64,000 bases of DNA. It comes from Mytilus californianus (Eukaryota). The DNA is taken from contig NW_026262712.1 in NCBI RefSeq assembly GCF_021869535.1, positions 53,072,001 through 53,136,000 of the forward strand, in the 5' to 3' direction. Position 1 is the stretch's first letter. Every line of letters starts with the position of its first letter. The notes beneath the pieces are model-generated. The model did no database searches. It worked only from the letters and a program-made list of their open reading frames with translations, and was not told where the DNA came from. Both the position numbers and the translations under genes were made by a program. Positions 23,880 through 37,500 of this stretch are shown piece after piece.

Positions 23880-26534
23880 ATGATTCCAATCATGCCTCAT
23901 ATTTTCCGCAGGATTCAGAAAAAAAAGACTTTACTCTTATTTGTATGTGCGTTTATTGTACTATTTTTGTTTACTAAATTTTATCATGTTAAATATGACA
24001 ACAGAATTGCGTCTACAAACATTGCTGTGGAAGACCATATGGTAAGATCTGGAAAAACAAATATAAGTAACAGTCTGTTTAATCTTCTGAACGAACTAGA
24101 TATCACAATTCGTAAAAAAGCAACAGAGCGAACGATATACGGGAATATATACAGTGGTAAGGAGAAAGTACAAATAGAAAGTTATATATCAGCTATAAAG
24201 AATTTTACAAAAAAAAGTCCTGTAAAGACAATTTGCGAAATTGGATTTGCCGGAGGACACAGTGCAACCCTTTTCCTTTTTTTAACAGATTCCGCTAGTT
24301 ATACGGGATTTGATATGTGGAATCAACCTGTGTATGAAAACACTGCAATCGAATGGGTAAGAAAGCAATTTAATAATCGCCGAATTAAACTAATTAAAGG
24401 TGACTCTACAAAAACAGTTCCTCAATTTGAAGGTCAATGTGATATTATACATATAGATGGCGCCCACCATGCAAACTTCCCAGAAACGGATATGAAAAAC
24501 ATGGCCCGTGTTGCTTCCGTTAATAATTTATTACTGGTGGACGACTGTTCTAAATCTTGGCCTGCTGTACTAAAGGGGGTGGAATATCTGAAGACAAATG
24601 ATCTATTGAATAACATTCAAATGCATGTACCAGAGGGCTGGATCTACAGAGGCGCTAAGAAAGGGTGGTGTATAGGCAGTTATAATGTAAAATACCAAGC
24701 AGATACTATACCAAGGAATTTTACGTTTCTAAATAAAACGTTTTGTACACCGTCATGGTATGGAGACAACTGCGATGTATTTTTTTCCAAATCTTGTTCA
24801 AAACTGAGCGATCAATGTTTTTATAGTAACGTTACTGGGACCCTATCAGTATCATGTCAACGCTGGCATGGTGCACAGAACACTGAAAACATAACATGGG
24901 ATAAACGATTTACTGCCAAAGACAGGAACGATGCACATGCAAAATCATTTAATTATTATAAATCTTTACCCCAAAATTTAGGCAGTATAATTGAAATTGG
25001 CGCTGGTCCGTTCACTCAAGCACAAACAATATTACAAGGTAAGACAGCAACAAGTATTACCTTGATAGAACCAATGGCATTCCATTATATGACAAACGTG
25101 AAGCGTTGTTTCTACAAGAATGGAAGTTTCGGAAATCTTCCGACCACCATATTATCTATACCTGCGGAGGAGCTCAGTAATACACGGAAATGTGATACTT
25201 TAATCATGATTAATGTTATTGAACATGTCTATGATGCTATATCTATATTTAATGCAGCCGTTAATTTGATTAAAGAAAATGGCGTATTCATTTGGCATGA
25301 ACGAATTTGGAATAACTATCTAGGGGTTGCGAATTCTGAACACGATCGCGAATTTCAGTTGCATCCGATTCGAATCAAGCAGGTTATTGCAAAACAAGTT
25401 TTGTCTATGTTTGATGAAAACTATATTTCCTGGGACACAGAAGAATTGCGTCGAATACAAAACCATGGTGTGTATTTCATTGGTCAAAGGAGTAATATGG
25501 TTGCAAAAACGTTCATTCCACAACACCGTCCGTGTTTTGAACAGATTGGAGGCAGGCAAACAATCATATTTTTTGTTTCAAATGAAAATGCAACATTCAT
25601 TCAACTTCAACTGAAATTGGTGAACAATGCAGCTAATACCAAACTCATCGTGATAATACAGACAGATGAATTTAATGATACGGCAATATCAAATGTTCTC
25701 CAATTTTCCAAAATTCGGATATTAATTTCACATCAACATTTACGCAACTGGAGGAACGAAGTTAGTAATTATGTTGAGCCTTGCCTTTTCATTATTCCAC
25801 ATTTAACCCGAGCAATGCTAGATGGCTCCGATACTTATTGTGTCGGCAACAGTGGGGTGACAGTTATTCTAATGGGATATTCATCCAGAAGGCTGAATAA
25901 TTACGGCTTAATTTTGCCAGCATATATACATATGCCAATAATCAACCAAATAATATTTATATGGAATAACAGAAATAAATCGTTCACTCCTGAAATCGAT
26001 TCGCCAAAATTTACGTTTATAAAAGCAGAAGTTAATAGCATGAACAATCGTTTCAATGTATCACAATATGTTCATACAGATGCTGTTCTGATAATTGACG
26101 ATGATGTTTTGATTAGTGAATCCTTATTGTCATTGTTGGTATTGCGATGGAGTGAAAATATGGATAGATTAGTTGGAATAAGCAGAGACATGCGGTTTGT
26201 TAATTCAAAAAATGAATATCTTGTTCAAGGTAAAGAACCATCCTTGGTTATCGGTAAAACAATGCTTTTTCACCGCAAGTACTTACAAAAATATATTCAA
26301 GATAAAGCATTGGTAGAATGGAATGATAAACGGTTTTGCGAAGATATTTCAATGAATGCTTTAATTTTTAAGGAAACAAAATTAAAACCGCTATTTGTTC
26401 CGATGACTGCACATAGTTCACGCAGAGATCTCTCAGATATAGACGGTGCTTCTATCATAGATAAAAATTGGTCTTTACGTAGAACCGAATGTGTTCAATG
26501 GGTTGCTGGATATTTCCAAATACAATTATACTGA
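23880..26534 (+). CDS. Type II membrane protein: SAM methyltransferase (Methyltransf_24-like) + Cys-rich linker + second class I SAM methyltransferase + GT64 (EXTL2-like) glycosyltransferase; 884 aa, uninterrupted ORF
   Basis: N-terminal RRIQKKK plus hydrophobic anchor. MTase1 motifs: EIGFAGGHSA, GFD, KGDS, DIIHIDGAH, LLVDD. Linker CTPSWYGDNC. MTase2 motifs: IIEIGAGP, LIEP, DTLIMINVIEHVYD, LIKENG. GT64 motifs: VILMGY, IIFIWNN, NSMNNRF, TDAVLIIDDD, DRLVG, CEDISMN, RTECVQW...F. Confidence 0.93.
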   Translation: MIPIMPHIFRRIQKKKTLLLFVCAFIVLFLFTKFYHVKYDNRIASTNIAVEDHMVRSGKTNISNSLFNLLNELDITIRKKATERTIYGNIYSGKEKVQIESYISAIKNFTKKSPVKTICEIGFAGGHSATLFLFLTDSASYTGFDMWNQPVYENTAIEWVRKQFNNRRIKLIKGDSTKTVPQFEGQCDIIHIDGAHHANFPETDMKNMARVASVNNLLLVDDCSKSWPAVLKGVEYLKTNDLLNNIQMHVPEGWIYRGAKKGWCIGSYNVKYQADTIPRNFTFLNKTFCTPSWYGDNCDVFFSKSCSKLSDQCFYSNVTGTLSVSCQRWHGAQNTENITWDKRFTAKDRNDAHAKSFNYYKSLPQNLGSIIEIGAGPFTQAQTILQGKTATSITLIEPMAFHYMTNVKRCFYKNGSFGNLPTTILSIPAEELSNTRKCDTLIMINVIEHVYDAISIFNAAVNLIKENGVFIWHERIWNNYLGVANSEHDREFQLHPIRIKQVIAKQVLSMFDENYISWDTEELRRIQNHGVYFIGQRSNMVAKTFIPQHRPCFEQIGGRQTIIFFVSNENATFIQLQLKLVNNAANTKLIVIIQTDEFNDTAISNVLQFSKIRILISHQHLRNWRNEVSNYVEPCLFIIPHLTRAMLDGSDTYCVGNSGVTVILMGYSSRRLNNYGLILPAYIHMPIINQIIFIWNNRNKSFTPEIDSPKFTFIKAEVNSMNNRFNVSQYVHTDAVLIIDDDVLISESLLSLLVLRWSENMDRLVGISRDMRFVNSKNEYLVQGKEPSLVIGKTMLFHRKYLQKYIQDKALVEWNDKRFCEDISMNALIFKETKLKPLFVPMTAHSSRRDLSDIDGASIIDKNWSLRRTECVQWVAGYFQIQLY

Positions 26535-29500
26535 ATCAAAAGGTTGAAAAATTCAAAAGATCAATGTGTTGTTTATTATAAAATAACTCAGCGTGATAGC
26601 TTACTTCATTGTCTAGTTTTTGTGAGGTGGGGATAAGTAAAATATTGAAATAATTGTTCATATCCCTCTCTCTTTATATTTTGGTCATTTTTTTACTTGA
26701 TCATAGAAACACTAAAAATCGTTGAAATATGTTACAAAACAAATATCAAAAACTACTACATGCTATATATCAAGAAAGTTAAAATGAATGTATATTTTCA
26801 TTTTTGGTATTCAGCAAAATATTTCTTGTCTGATCCTTTTTTCCAAACCAAATGAACTGTTATAATAAGCTCATAACATTGACTATCAGCCTTTCTTCTG
26901 AACTGTACGACAAGCAGGGTAATTAAACCTCGCCTACCCGAGTCCCTGACATTGCTGGATTTTACTCTAAAGTAATTTACATACATAAAATTGAGAATGG
27001 AAATGAGGAATGTGTCAAAGAGACAACAACCCGACCATAGAGCAGACAACAGCCGAAGGCCACCAATGGATCTTCAATGCAGCGAGAAACTATTGAAGCT
27101 CTTGTCTTCAGTGTTGATTTTTTGATTTTTTGCTTTTTATTTTTTATGTGTTATTTGGAATGTTGTCATATATTTGTTTGATGTTATAATATTTTGTCGA
27201 TTTTGCATTTCTTATGTTTGCTAAAATCTTACGACGTGCAAACATAACATAAGTTGTTTTGAAGCTCCAAGCAGGGTTAGAAAAAAACAATTTTAGTATT
27301 TAAGAACTATACCGGGAAAGTATGATCTAAATTAATATTTCAAAGTTAAAATAAAATACGAGAAAGATATCTTATTACATACTAGCTAATAAAACAATAT
27401 TAATTGGGTTGTTGTACTCTTTTTTATACGTGTGCTCAAAACAAAATACAAAATGTTGTTAACTTTCAAGTAACACAATCTGTTCATAAAAACCTTATCA
27501 TTGGATAATTATTTCTATTTTAATGACTTTTTTTTTTATTTTTAATGAATAAATCCAAAGTTTTCTGTGATTAAAAAGGTTAGATAAAAAGCACATAATT
27601 ATATTATTTTATTACAAATGTCTTCATGAAAACGAAATTTGTTCAAATAAAATAGTCATAATAACTTATATAGTTATTTATTTAATGGTATATATTTTGA
27701 TCTGGTTGACAAATATTTCGTGAAAAATAAGTAATTAAGTATTCTTATAAATATTGAGGAACAATTCAATCGAAAACTAATATATATTGGCGCATTAAAT
27801 TGGAAACCACACTAAACGTGCTTAACAAATACTATTTTTCTCTTTTAAATGATATCACGGTATACAAGTATAATCATGAAAAAAAAATAAACCCTTGATG
27901 TATAATTGTTATAAAACATAATTAAGAGCATTTTCTTTTAGATTAATACACCGCACCGTTCGCATTTGGAGAACATTATTGTCAAAAGAATAAAAAAAAC
28001 ATTCAATTATTTGCAGAATCAAATGTTGAGTCTACGAATCAAACATTGTTGTTATTGAAGACAGTTCGTTACATATAATTAAGTAGACTTGCATAGACAA
28101 AAATAATAAATAAAATAGAGCACAGCCGTTGACAAAACGATGTCCAAAGCTAAAAACTCTGACACATTTCCATCTTGACGCTTCTTTAATAACATCACAA
28201 TCAAATCTGTCCACATGGCTTGCATTCAATTCAACATTTCGAATAATCTTTCATCGACATAAGGAAATGCCTGTACTAAGTCAGGACTATGACAGTTGTT
28301 TTTCATTCGTTTGATGTGTTTCAGGTTTTGATTTTGCCATTCGATAAACGATTTTCTGTTTTGAATTTTCCTTGCGTTCGGTATTTTTGTTATTTTACTT
28401 GTTTTTTTTTCAGAGCTGAAAAAATATTAACATGTAATAACGGAGTCAATTTTTTTTTTAATTTTTATTTTTGTTAATATATATAGACCAAATAAAACTC
28501 AAAATCTACCGTCTTTTTAGACTTTAAAAATGGTATTTATTTGATTTTAAGGAACATACATTCAAGTGTTCCCTTGTTCGTTATTCATTTATGAAACAGT
28601 CAAGATATTTATCTCAAGAAAAATTGCTTAAATATTCTTATGACTATTATGTGGACAAAAAACTCTATCAAGCAAAAGTAACATATTCACTATGAAATTA
28701 CGCAAGGTGACTATTTAAATTTTATCTTTAGATTTTGTGTAATAAAGAATATTCTTATAAAGTGACTTATTTCAATAATATTTCATTATTATAAAGGATA
28801 AAAAAGTGTTATAATTGAAGTAATCTTAAAACGAATAAAAAACCAGTTATATTTAATCTAGTACATATCTATGATAACTGCGATATGTTATTTTTGTAAA
28901 ACTTATATCTTTAAATTTTGTATGATAAAGAATAAGCTTAAAAATTAAACAAGAGATTTATTTCAATTTACAAACTTGTTTTTGCATTTTTCATTGTTAT
29001 TCAACGCAAAATAATTATCTAAGATACAGATACCTGGAACGATCTCATTTCATAAAGGATCGCTTTTGTTTACTTATTGTACCTCGAACTTATTAATTCG
29101 GTGTAGGTCTTTAAGTTGAGGTTCTATTTACTAAAAGTTAATCGGGCATGATGAAATTAGACACGTCCTTTTAGAATCAGGGGGTCCAAAATAGGATCGG
29201 GAAAAAACAGCCAACAAAATACCATAATTTGCTATTTCAGAGAATCAAAGTTCTTTTGGCTGATTATCTCCGGTCAATAATCAGACGGTATTTGAGTGGA
29301 AATACAAATCTGTCCGAAAAAAGAAAAGGGAGGGGGACTAATAGCTTAACCTGCGACTTTAATCATGGTTTAACTTTATTCTAGAACGGCACACGTTTTA
29401 CCTCTAGCCAACGCTCTGTCTTATTAAATTGTCACTCTAGCATTGTTAACATTTGCTTCAGATCGATCCACTTTGCATCTCGTCGTGAATATGCCTGATA

Positions 29501-30576
29501 TATTTGCCACTGGGCGTTAAGGGAGCAATCAATTAATCAGCTTCATTAAGTGATGTATAATCATTAGTCTTCAGTTGATAATTGTCTAAAATCGTTTTTT
29601 AATTTTTATATATTTGATTTTTTAAGCGAGGATTTAAATAAAAATGACATTTTTGAAGTTGCATTTACATGGATAGGTTTAAAAACGTCTATAATAGGGA
29701 ATGCTACATATGAAAAATACGTTGAATATATTTGCAAATCGATTCGGTTTTACTTGAAATAAAAGATTTATGGTGGTAACTAAACATTCAGCTAAATATT
29801 ACAAACAACTAAATAAATGTTTAGCTTTAATTCGTATTGTCAATCATACCAATGCTAAAATACAAATGTGAATGGTAAAGGGGCGACACATAATGGGATT
29901 GATTTATAATGTGATGTTTGAAGAAAAAGAATGGAATCATAATAAAATAGTGTAAGAACTTTTGATGTTTTATGATTTTCATGATTTTATTTTAGATTTT
30001 ATTCCACCAATAGCAAGAAGATCTGAAATAAACGTAAATTTTAGAATTTCTTTTCCCATTTTTCTCTTTCCATTTAATTTTAATGTTTTAACATTAAAAA
30101 AAGTAGTCCACATCAAGGGTTACATTGTATCCTATCAAGCTAAATTAGGGGAGGGGAGTAGAACAGAAAAAAAAAATGTCATTAAGTGGCAATAAGTCAT
30201 ATATTGAAGCGTACAATGATGGCGGTCTTGCCTAGGTAACAAAATTTGTTGTTTCAAGTTATTTTTATCTGGTATAGTTGTCATAAAAGCAAAAATGGAT
30301 AAAAAAAATGTTTTAAAGGGCAACAATTTATATGAGGATTCAACTTATTTTGGCCGTTTCATTTAATTGTTAGATATTGTCTTACTGTTTAGTTTTGTTA
30401 TTTAAAGTTTTCTTCATCTTCAATTGTCTTTGCAAAAGGCGCCAAATAATGTGTTAAAATCAGCCATGCGACTTATTTGAAGATATAGCTGACCTTTCTT
30501 GTGGTTTAAAGATTTAAATCATTTAACTTGTGCGTAGATCGTATTTCCCCCTCAAAGATTTATTCAAATGGTTCTG

Positions 30577-32247
30577 GCACAGAGTGTTGAACAGATAACA
30601 TGGGATAAACGTGTCACTTCCACCGATCGGAACGATGCACAAATAAAATCTATTAATTACTATAAATCTTTACCCCCGAATTTAGGCAATATCATTGAAA
30701 TTGGCGCTGATCCGTTCACCCAAGCGCAAACAATAGTAGAAGGTAAAACAGCAACAAGCATTACATTGATAGAACCAATGGCGTTCCATTACATGACAAA
30801 CGTGAAACGTTGTTTCTACAAGAATGGAAGTTTTGGAAGTCTGCATACCATGATATTATCTATACCTGCGGAGGAACTGAGTAATACACGGAAATTTGAT
30901 ACTTTGATCATGATTAATGTTATTGAACATGTCTATGACGCTATATCTATATTTAACGCAGTCATTAATTTGATTAAAGAAAATGGCGTTTTAATTTGGC
31001 ATGAACGACTTTGGAATAACTATCTAGGGGTTGCGAATTCTGGACACGATCGTGAATTTCAGTTGCATTCGATTCGAATCAAGCAGGTTATTGCAAAACA
31101 AGTTTTGTCTATGTTTGACGAAAAATATTTTTCCTGGGACACAGAAGAATTGCGTCGATTACAAAACCATGGTGTGTATTTCATTGGTCACAGGCGTAAT
31201 ACGGTTGCAAAAACGTTCGTTCCACAACACCCGCCTTGTTTTGAACAGATTGGAGGCAGGCAAACAATTATATATTTTTTTTCAAATGAAAATGCGACAT
31301 TCATTCAAGATCAACTGAAATTGGTAAACAATGCAGCAAATACAAAACTCATTGTAATAATACAGACAGATGAATTTAATAATACCGCAATATCAAATGT
31401 TCTCCAAATTCCAAAAATTCGGATATTAATTTCATATTAACACTTACACAACTGGAAGAAAGAAGTTAGTAATTATGTTGAGCCATGTCTTTTCATTATT
31501 TCACATTTAACACTGGCAATGTTAGAAGGCGTTGATACTTATTGTGTCGGCAACAGTGGGGTGACAGTTATCTTAATGGGATATTCATCAAGAAGGCTTA
31601 ATAATTACGACTTAATTTTACCAGCATATATACATATGCCGATAACTAACCAAATAATATTAATATGGAATAACAGGAATATATCGTTTACTCCTAAAAT
31701 CGATTCGCCAAAAATTACGTTTATAAAAGCGAAAGTTAACAGCATGAATAATCGTTTTAATGTATCACAATATGTTCATACAGATGCTGTTCTGATAATT
31801 GACGATGATGTTTTGATAAGTGACTCCTTATTATCATTAATGTTATTACGATGGATTAAAAATATAAATAGATTAGTTGGTATTAGCAGAGACATGCGCT
31901 TTGTTAATTCAAAAAATGAATATTTAGTTAAAGGTAAAGAACCATCCTTGGTTATAGGTAAAACAATGCTTTTTCACCGCAAGTACTTACAAAAATATAT
32001 GCAAGATAATTCATTGGTAGAATGGAATGATAAACGGTTTTGCGAAGATATTTCAATCAATGCTTTAATTTTTAAAGAAACAAAATTGAAACCTCTATTT
32101 GTACCGATGACTGCACATAGTTCACGCAGAGATCTCTCAGATATAGACGGTTCTTCTATTACATGTATTATAGACAAAAACTGGTCTATCCACAGAACAG
32201 AATGTGTTCAATGGGCTGCTGAATATTTCAAAATACAAATATCCTGA
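30577..32247 (+). pseudogene. 5'-truncated, nonsense-disrupted paralog of the MTase-MTase-GT64 gene
   Basis: Homology begins abruptly at AQSVEQITW, so the anchor and MTase1 are absent. SAM motif EIGAGP is changed to EIGADP. CAA>TAA at 31438-31440 with the frame preserved beyond it. The GT64 part is complete to TGA 32247. Confidence 0.93.
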
Positions 32248-32773
32248 ATCAAATGCTAATCAAAAAATTAAAATGTCAATGTTTAAATGTGTTGTTTTTT
32301 TTTTTAATTTTAGTTTTAAGCATTTTTCTTTAGTGTTGTTGTTTTTCATTTTATCAGTCGGTTATATCCTTGTACTTTGAATGTTTGTCCAGGTCTGTTT
32401 TCAATATGTAAAAATCCTTGTAAGTATGACGTGTGTCTGTCCCGGTCTATTATCAAGATGTGAAATTCTTTTTTCAATAGGATATGTCCTTGTGATTATG
32501 AAGTTTGTCTGTCCCGGTCTGTTTCCATTGTTCGAGGTCAATCTCTTTTGCCAAATTTTCATATCTGAAATCGACAAAATGTGTTGTTTCGTGAAGGTTG
32601 CAAGTTATGTTTCTTTCGAATATTGCGTAATTTGGAAACATGAGCTTATTCAAATGTCTTTAAGTAGTATAACAGCAAAAATGGAAGAACTTTTTATAAC
32701 ATGCCAAAAAATATTCTATATCAATGTATCTCCTAAATTCCAATAATGAGAAATATCATGAACATCACACATG

Positions 32774-32965
32774 TTTTATGCCCCCCGCCGCTAGGCGAAG
32801 AGGGCATCAAGTTTAACCCTTGACCGTCTTTCCGTCTGTCCGTCTTTTTGTCTTTCCGTTCGTCCTTCTGTCCGTCTTTCCGTATGTCCTTCCGTCCGTT
32901 TAAAAATGTATTATCACATATTATAAGCAAGCTTGAGCGTGGGCATTTGTGTCCTCAGACACATT
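32774..32965 (+). mobile_element. HINE/pearl-MgE-like non-autonomous Helentron; related minus-strand copy 56982-57226
   Basis: tttatgcccc...gggcatcaag start, (ccgt/tccg)n microsatellite, subterminal gggcat inverted repeat and 3' hairpin tgtgtc-ctca-gacaca. Confidence 0.75.
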
Positions 32966-35761
32966 ATTCTTTTATTTTAAGAAGCTGTATGCTACAAGGT
33001 TGAAAAAAAAGCTAAATTATGATGTTCGAATTATACAGCCAAAATCACAAAAGCTAAAAAATGCGAATTGTTATTCTTATTAAATAATCTTAAAAACAAC
33101 AGTAACAATTGGGTCAACGTATCCGTGTTTCAGATACATGTACATATAACAAAATATTTAATGTTGAAGCAATAAAAGCTATAACTGTAAGTACAATTAT
33201 AAGGCGATTTCTATTTCTATTTTCGATTTTTAAATGAAAATAACTTGAAATTGATGAATGAATCAAAATTTTTCTTTAAATAAAAACACTTCATACAGAA
33301 ACAATATTTAAGAACATATAAATTGTTTTAAACAAATGTGTTACTATAAACTTTATAGTATAGATTTTGAATTTGTTGACACACACAGGTTTGGTGAAAT
33401 GATAAGTAATTTGAAATTCTCAAAAACTTATCTATTGGTCAAAAAATGATATTCAATATTTTTTTTGTAATTTGGTTAATGTCAAATTATTAAGAAATAT
33501 TTAGAAAACGAATATGATTTGGATCATAAAATTTAATTAGACGCCTAAAAATATTAATTGATCTTTTTAAATGCTTACACGATATCTGTAGAGGTATACA
33601 CGTGATAAATACACAAAATTGTCACTGGAATCGATAATATATATCAAACTATCATTGATTTTCAAAATTGAATGTTGAATCTGTGTACTTTAATAGAATA
33701 TTGTTGTGTTATGCGTTTGATGCCTTATACAGTCTTATGAGGCAGAATATTAAGTAAAATTACACATGTTGTTGATTTGCACATGCTCAGAAATAATATA
33801 GAGCACATTCGATGCCAATAACGGTAAAAAGATTAACTTATTTACTATTAAACTTTTGAAACAGTTTTATTTGGCCATCACAATAAAATTTTGTCATCAT
33901 GGTTTGCTTGAAAATTAAAAAAATCTTTTCAATGTAATGTTGATGCATATTTTTTTTTCTGTGAAGCCAAAACTCGCCTCCTTAAGTTTTAAAAAGTAAG
34001 ATAAAAAGAATCTTTGATGAAATTTACAAGCTTTTCCTACTTTGTGATTTTTCTGAAAATCAATAAAATCTAAGATAAAAAATATTTCTTATGACGGTTA
34101 TGCGAATTTTAAACTTTATCACCCAGATTTACTTTAAAACCTACGCTAAAAAATATTGTCAATTTGATTCGTTCAAAAATATTATTCAGGTGCATAGCTA
34201 TAACAACTTTTATATTTTGTTTCGGTAAAAGTTATTTCCTTAAATTTTGAATAATAAGAATAGTTTATAAAAGTGAAAACAACAGGTTTATTTCAATGTA
34301 AGTTCGTGTAATTTTGTTATGTTTAAATTTGTATTAAATTTTGTGTTTTAAATATATTGCTATGATGATAACTGTATCATTTAATATATTTTAACTGCTA
34401 TCATAAATTAAATCGTGCATGATTAAGGATATTCAACAGATTATTTCAGTATAAGTTTAGGTCATTTTATTTTTTTATTTTTTTTTTTTTTGCCATTGTG
34501 TTGTCCGTTTCTTTTTTACTTATAATTGTTGAATATCCACTTTGTTTTTTCGCCTTTTTTATAGAAATCTTTGATATTTGTGTTAAAGTCTTATTCAAGT
34601 AATTATTATACGATTATCAAAATATTATTAATCAGTTCCAAGTTGACATTTCTAAGTTCCAAACTGACCTTTCAATTCTCTATTCCAAGTTGAAATTTCT
34701 CATATCCTACTTGGAACTGAGAAACGGTAAGATGGAAGTGAGAAATTCGACTTAAAAATTAGAAATGTAATGTTTGAAATTAGAGATTTTAGCAACAGCA
34801 TGAGCAAAATGTAGTCAATGCAATACTGATATAGATCATGTATACGTTCTATATATCCTATGTTTGGCAAAATATTGACTGTTTACAACTTCTGTGGAGA
34901 TCAACTTTACACAACTTCATTATTAAATCAGTTCACATGAAGCATTCAAAAACATTGACATCATAAATAGTTATTTGAATATTTGTATGTTCAAAATCAA
35001 AGCTAAATATTTGGAAATTATATATAAATAAAAACAAAAAAGGGGTATTATTCAATACGACCAAACTAAAAGCAGTTTATACTATTGTGTGGAGAGAGGC
35101 AATGGCTCTTCAGCACAAATATTCAACATACAGAAATAAACGTAGATATCCACAAGATTTCCCTCATAATGACATGCAATGGCATATCTGCTTCAGATTA
35201 TCTTCCAGTAGTACTATGCGGTTATCAGTGAACGGAGAGCATTTTTTCCTTTTTTCCTTTGACATTACAAGAAATAATCAAAGTGTGGAAGACCATGATT
35301 TGTTTATTAGTTATTATTGGCCTTGAACTATATTGTACTGTTACACCACTGTCTTCGGTAAGGGGGAGGGTTGAGCGCGCATAATCCTGTCTAACGCTGC
35401 TAGATGTTTTATATGCCGGTCAAGAACCAGAAGCGTGTAATTCAGTGGTCATTTTTCTTTTATTGTTGTTAGCATTAACCAGTCATTTCGTTTTCTTTTT
35501 TACAATTGTTTCACGATCCGTCATGCCGTGCCTTTTATGTATGGTATGGATTTGTTCATTGTTGAAGGCCATACGGTGACCAAAAGATCTCTACATCCTC
35601 GTCATTTGGTCTCTGGTGGATAGTTGCCTCTTTTGCAGTCATATCACATCTCCTTATTTTGGATATTTGTCTTTACAAGATGACAAGCTATTAATTGTCT
35701 ATAAAAGCCGTTTATAAAGGATGAATTGAGATAAGAGTCATTATTTTGCTCCTGAATTACT

Positions 35762-35974
35762 AATCACTAGCCAGTCAACACTGAGGTTGTGAGTTCGAAC
35801 CCCGCTCGTGCGGGTGCATTCGACTCCAATCTTAATTGACTAGGATTGTCAGTTTTCCTACCGAATGTCGGTGCTTTTCTCCGAGGACTCCGGCTTCCTC
35901 CACCAATTAAAACTAACCACCGCGAAATAGCACAACAGTGTTTAAAGTGGCGTTAAACACCAATCAATCAATCA
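35762..35974 (+). mobile_element. tRNA-derived SINE with V-domain-like core
   Basis: B-box gagttcgaacc, core ttttctccgaggactccggcttcctccaccaa, 3' gtggcgttaaacac(caat)n tail. Confidence 0.8.
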
Positions 35975-37500
35975 GTCATAACTGATGTGTGTAAATTTGA
36001 GGCTGTAATTATATATTAAACATATGAAAAAGAATAAATTAAGCCGACTATTAAATTTCTTTAAAAAAATCAATAAAAATACAACCACCGTGACGACAGT
36101 ATAGCTAGCTACCGAATACATTTAATTAATTTATGGTCTATGTATACGCAGTTGTATTTGAGCTGTACTTCATTTCAAGTGTTGATAACAGGTTCCTATA
36201 TAATTTTATAAGTGTCATAATTCATATTTTATGTTATTTATTCAAAACTGTTGACCTTAAATATCGTGTTTTATTGAGTAACATGAACTTTTCATGTAGT
36301 AGTGAAAGTGAGTCAAATCAAAACTGAAAATCAAAATTTATAAAAAAAATCTAAATTACGACCATGTTAAGGGAAGTGTGATTAACCACTTATGTTCCTC
36401 TATGATAATATTGCTAACGAATTATTTCAGAATAAAGCAAGTAAAACTCTACACATTTTTTCTTATGCATTTGTTGGAGATTTGAAAATTAAATAAAAGT
36501 TTATATCAGCCGATAGGATGTTATGATCATTAACACAATGTGTGTAGTTTTTGTTACGAGAAACAAAGACACATAGGCTAATATGTTACCTTCTCTCTTT
36601 AGTCCAGGCATTGGAGAAGGTGTGATAGAGCTACCATTTGGCCCTTGAATTTAAAATCACGTTTTATCAAAATCAATCAAATAAAACCCTTGAGATGTAT
36701 TTAGGTCATGCATCCATTAGATACCAATGAAAAATCAAATTTTGTCGAAAATATTTGCCATAGGCCTTTTCACACTTGAAAGGTTATGAGACTATTAAAA
36801 CTGCCAAAAATTCCTCTACCTAGCGTCTTTCGATTATACTTATATACGAGCAACCGACTTTCCTCAACACATGTTTTGCCACAATATTTTCAAAGATACA
36901 TAACATCATTTTTGGAAGATATGCATCTGCTTCATTTTACCATTAACGACTTGTATAATGCACCTCTTTAGTAATCTATGTTAATTTATGGCAGTTATGC
37001 ACTAGCACGAGCAAATTGTGTCATCTTTGATATATGTAAGTAGAATGACATGGTATAGTCACACAATGTAGATGGATTACAACAATTACGCATTCACCAA
37101 ACTTGTACAGAACTAAACAATTCAAAGTGACAAATATCAGATGAAATATATCTCGGAGTCCATAGTCTTCATCTCATATTTGATTTGCATAAAATTTAAA
37201 CAAATTGGTTCCTTGTTTCTGTTGCAAGATTTATGATATTTACATTTACTTGATTTTTGACTTATCACTATACAAACGTCAATGGTTTATACTTAGTCTA
37301 TTGTTTAAAAAATTATTAAAAGTAATACAAGGAAGATACCTACATAATTGTGGTCTTTAATTATAAAAGACTTAATGTATTTTTATCCTTTTACGATGTC
37401 TGTCGCAAATGTTCAAAAATGTAAACACTGACAAGTACTGATAGCGTTATCTTTATATCGCTCTATTGCCATTCTATATAATATGTAGTGGTGTACAAGT

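Noticed and set aside
30568-32247. Reading the middle copy as two functional genes (290 aa and 242 aa)
   Set aside because: It is one continuous frame broken by CAA>TAA. The first ATG comes from unrelated flank, the anchor is absent and the SAM motif is mutated.
35762-35830. tRNA gene
   Set aside because: Only a B-box is present, followed by a SINE body and tail; no cloverleaf.
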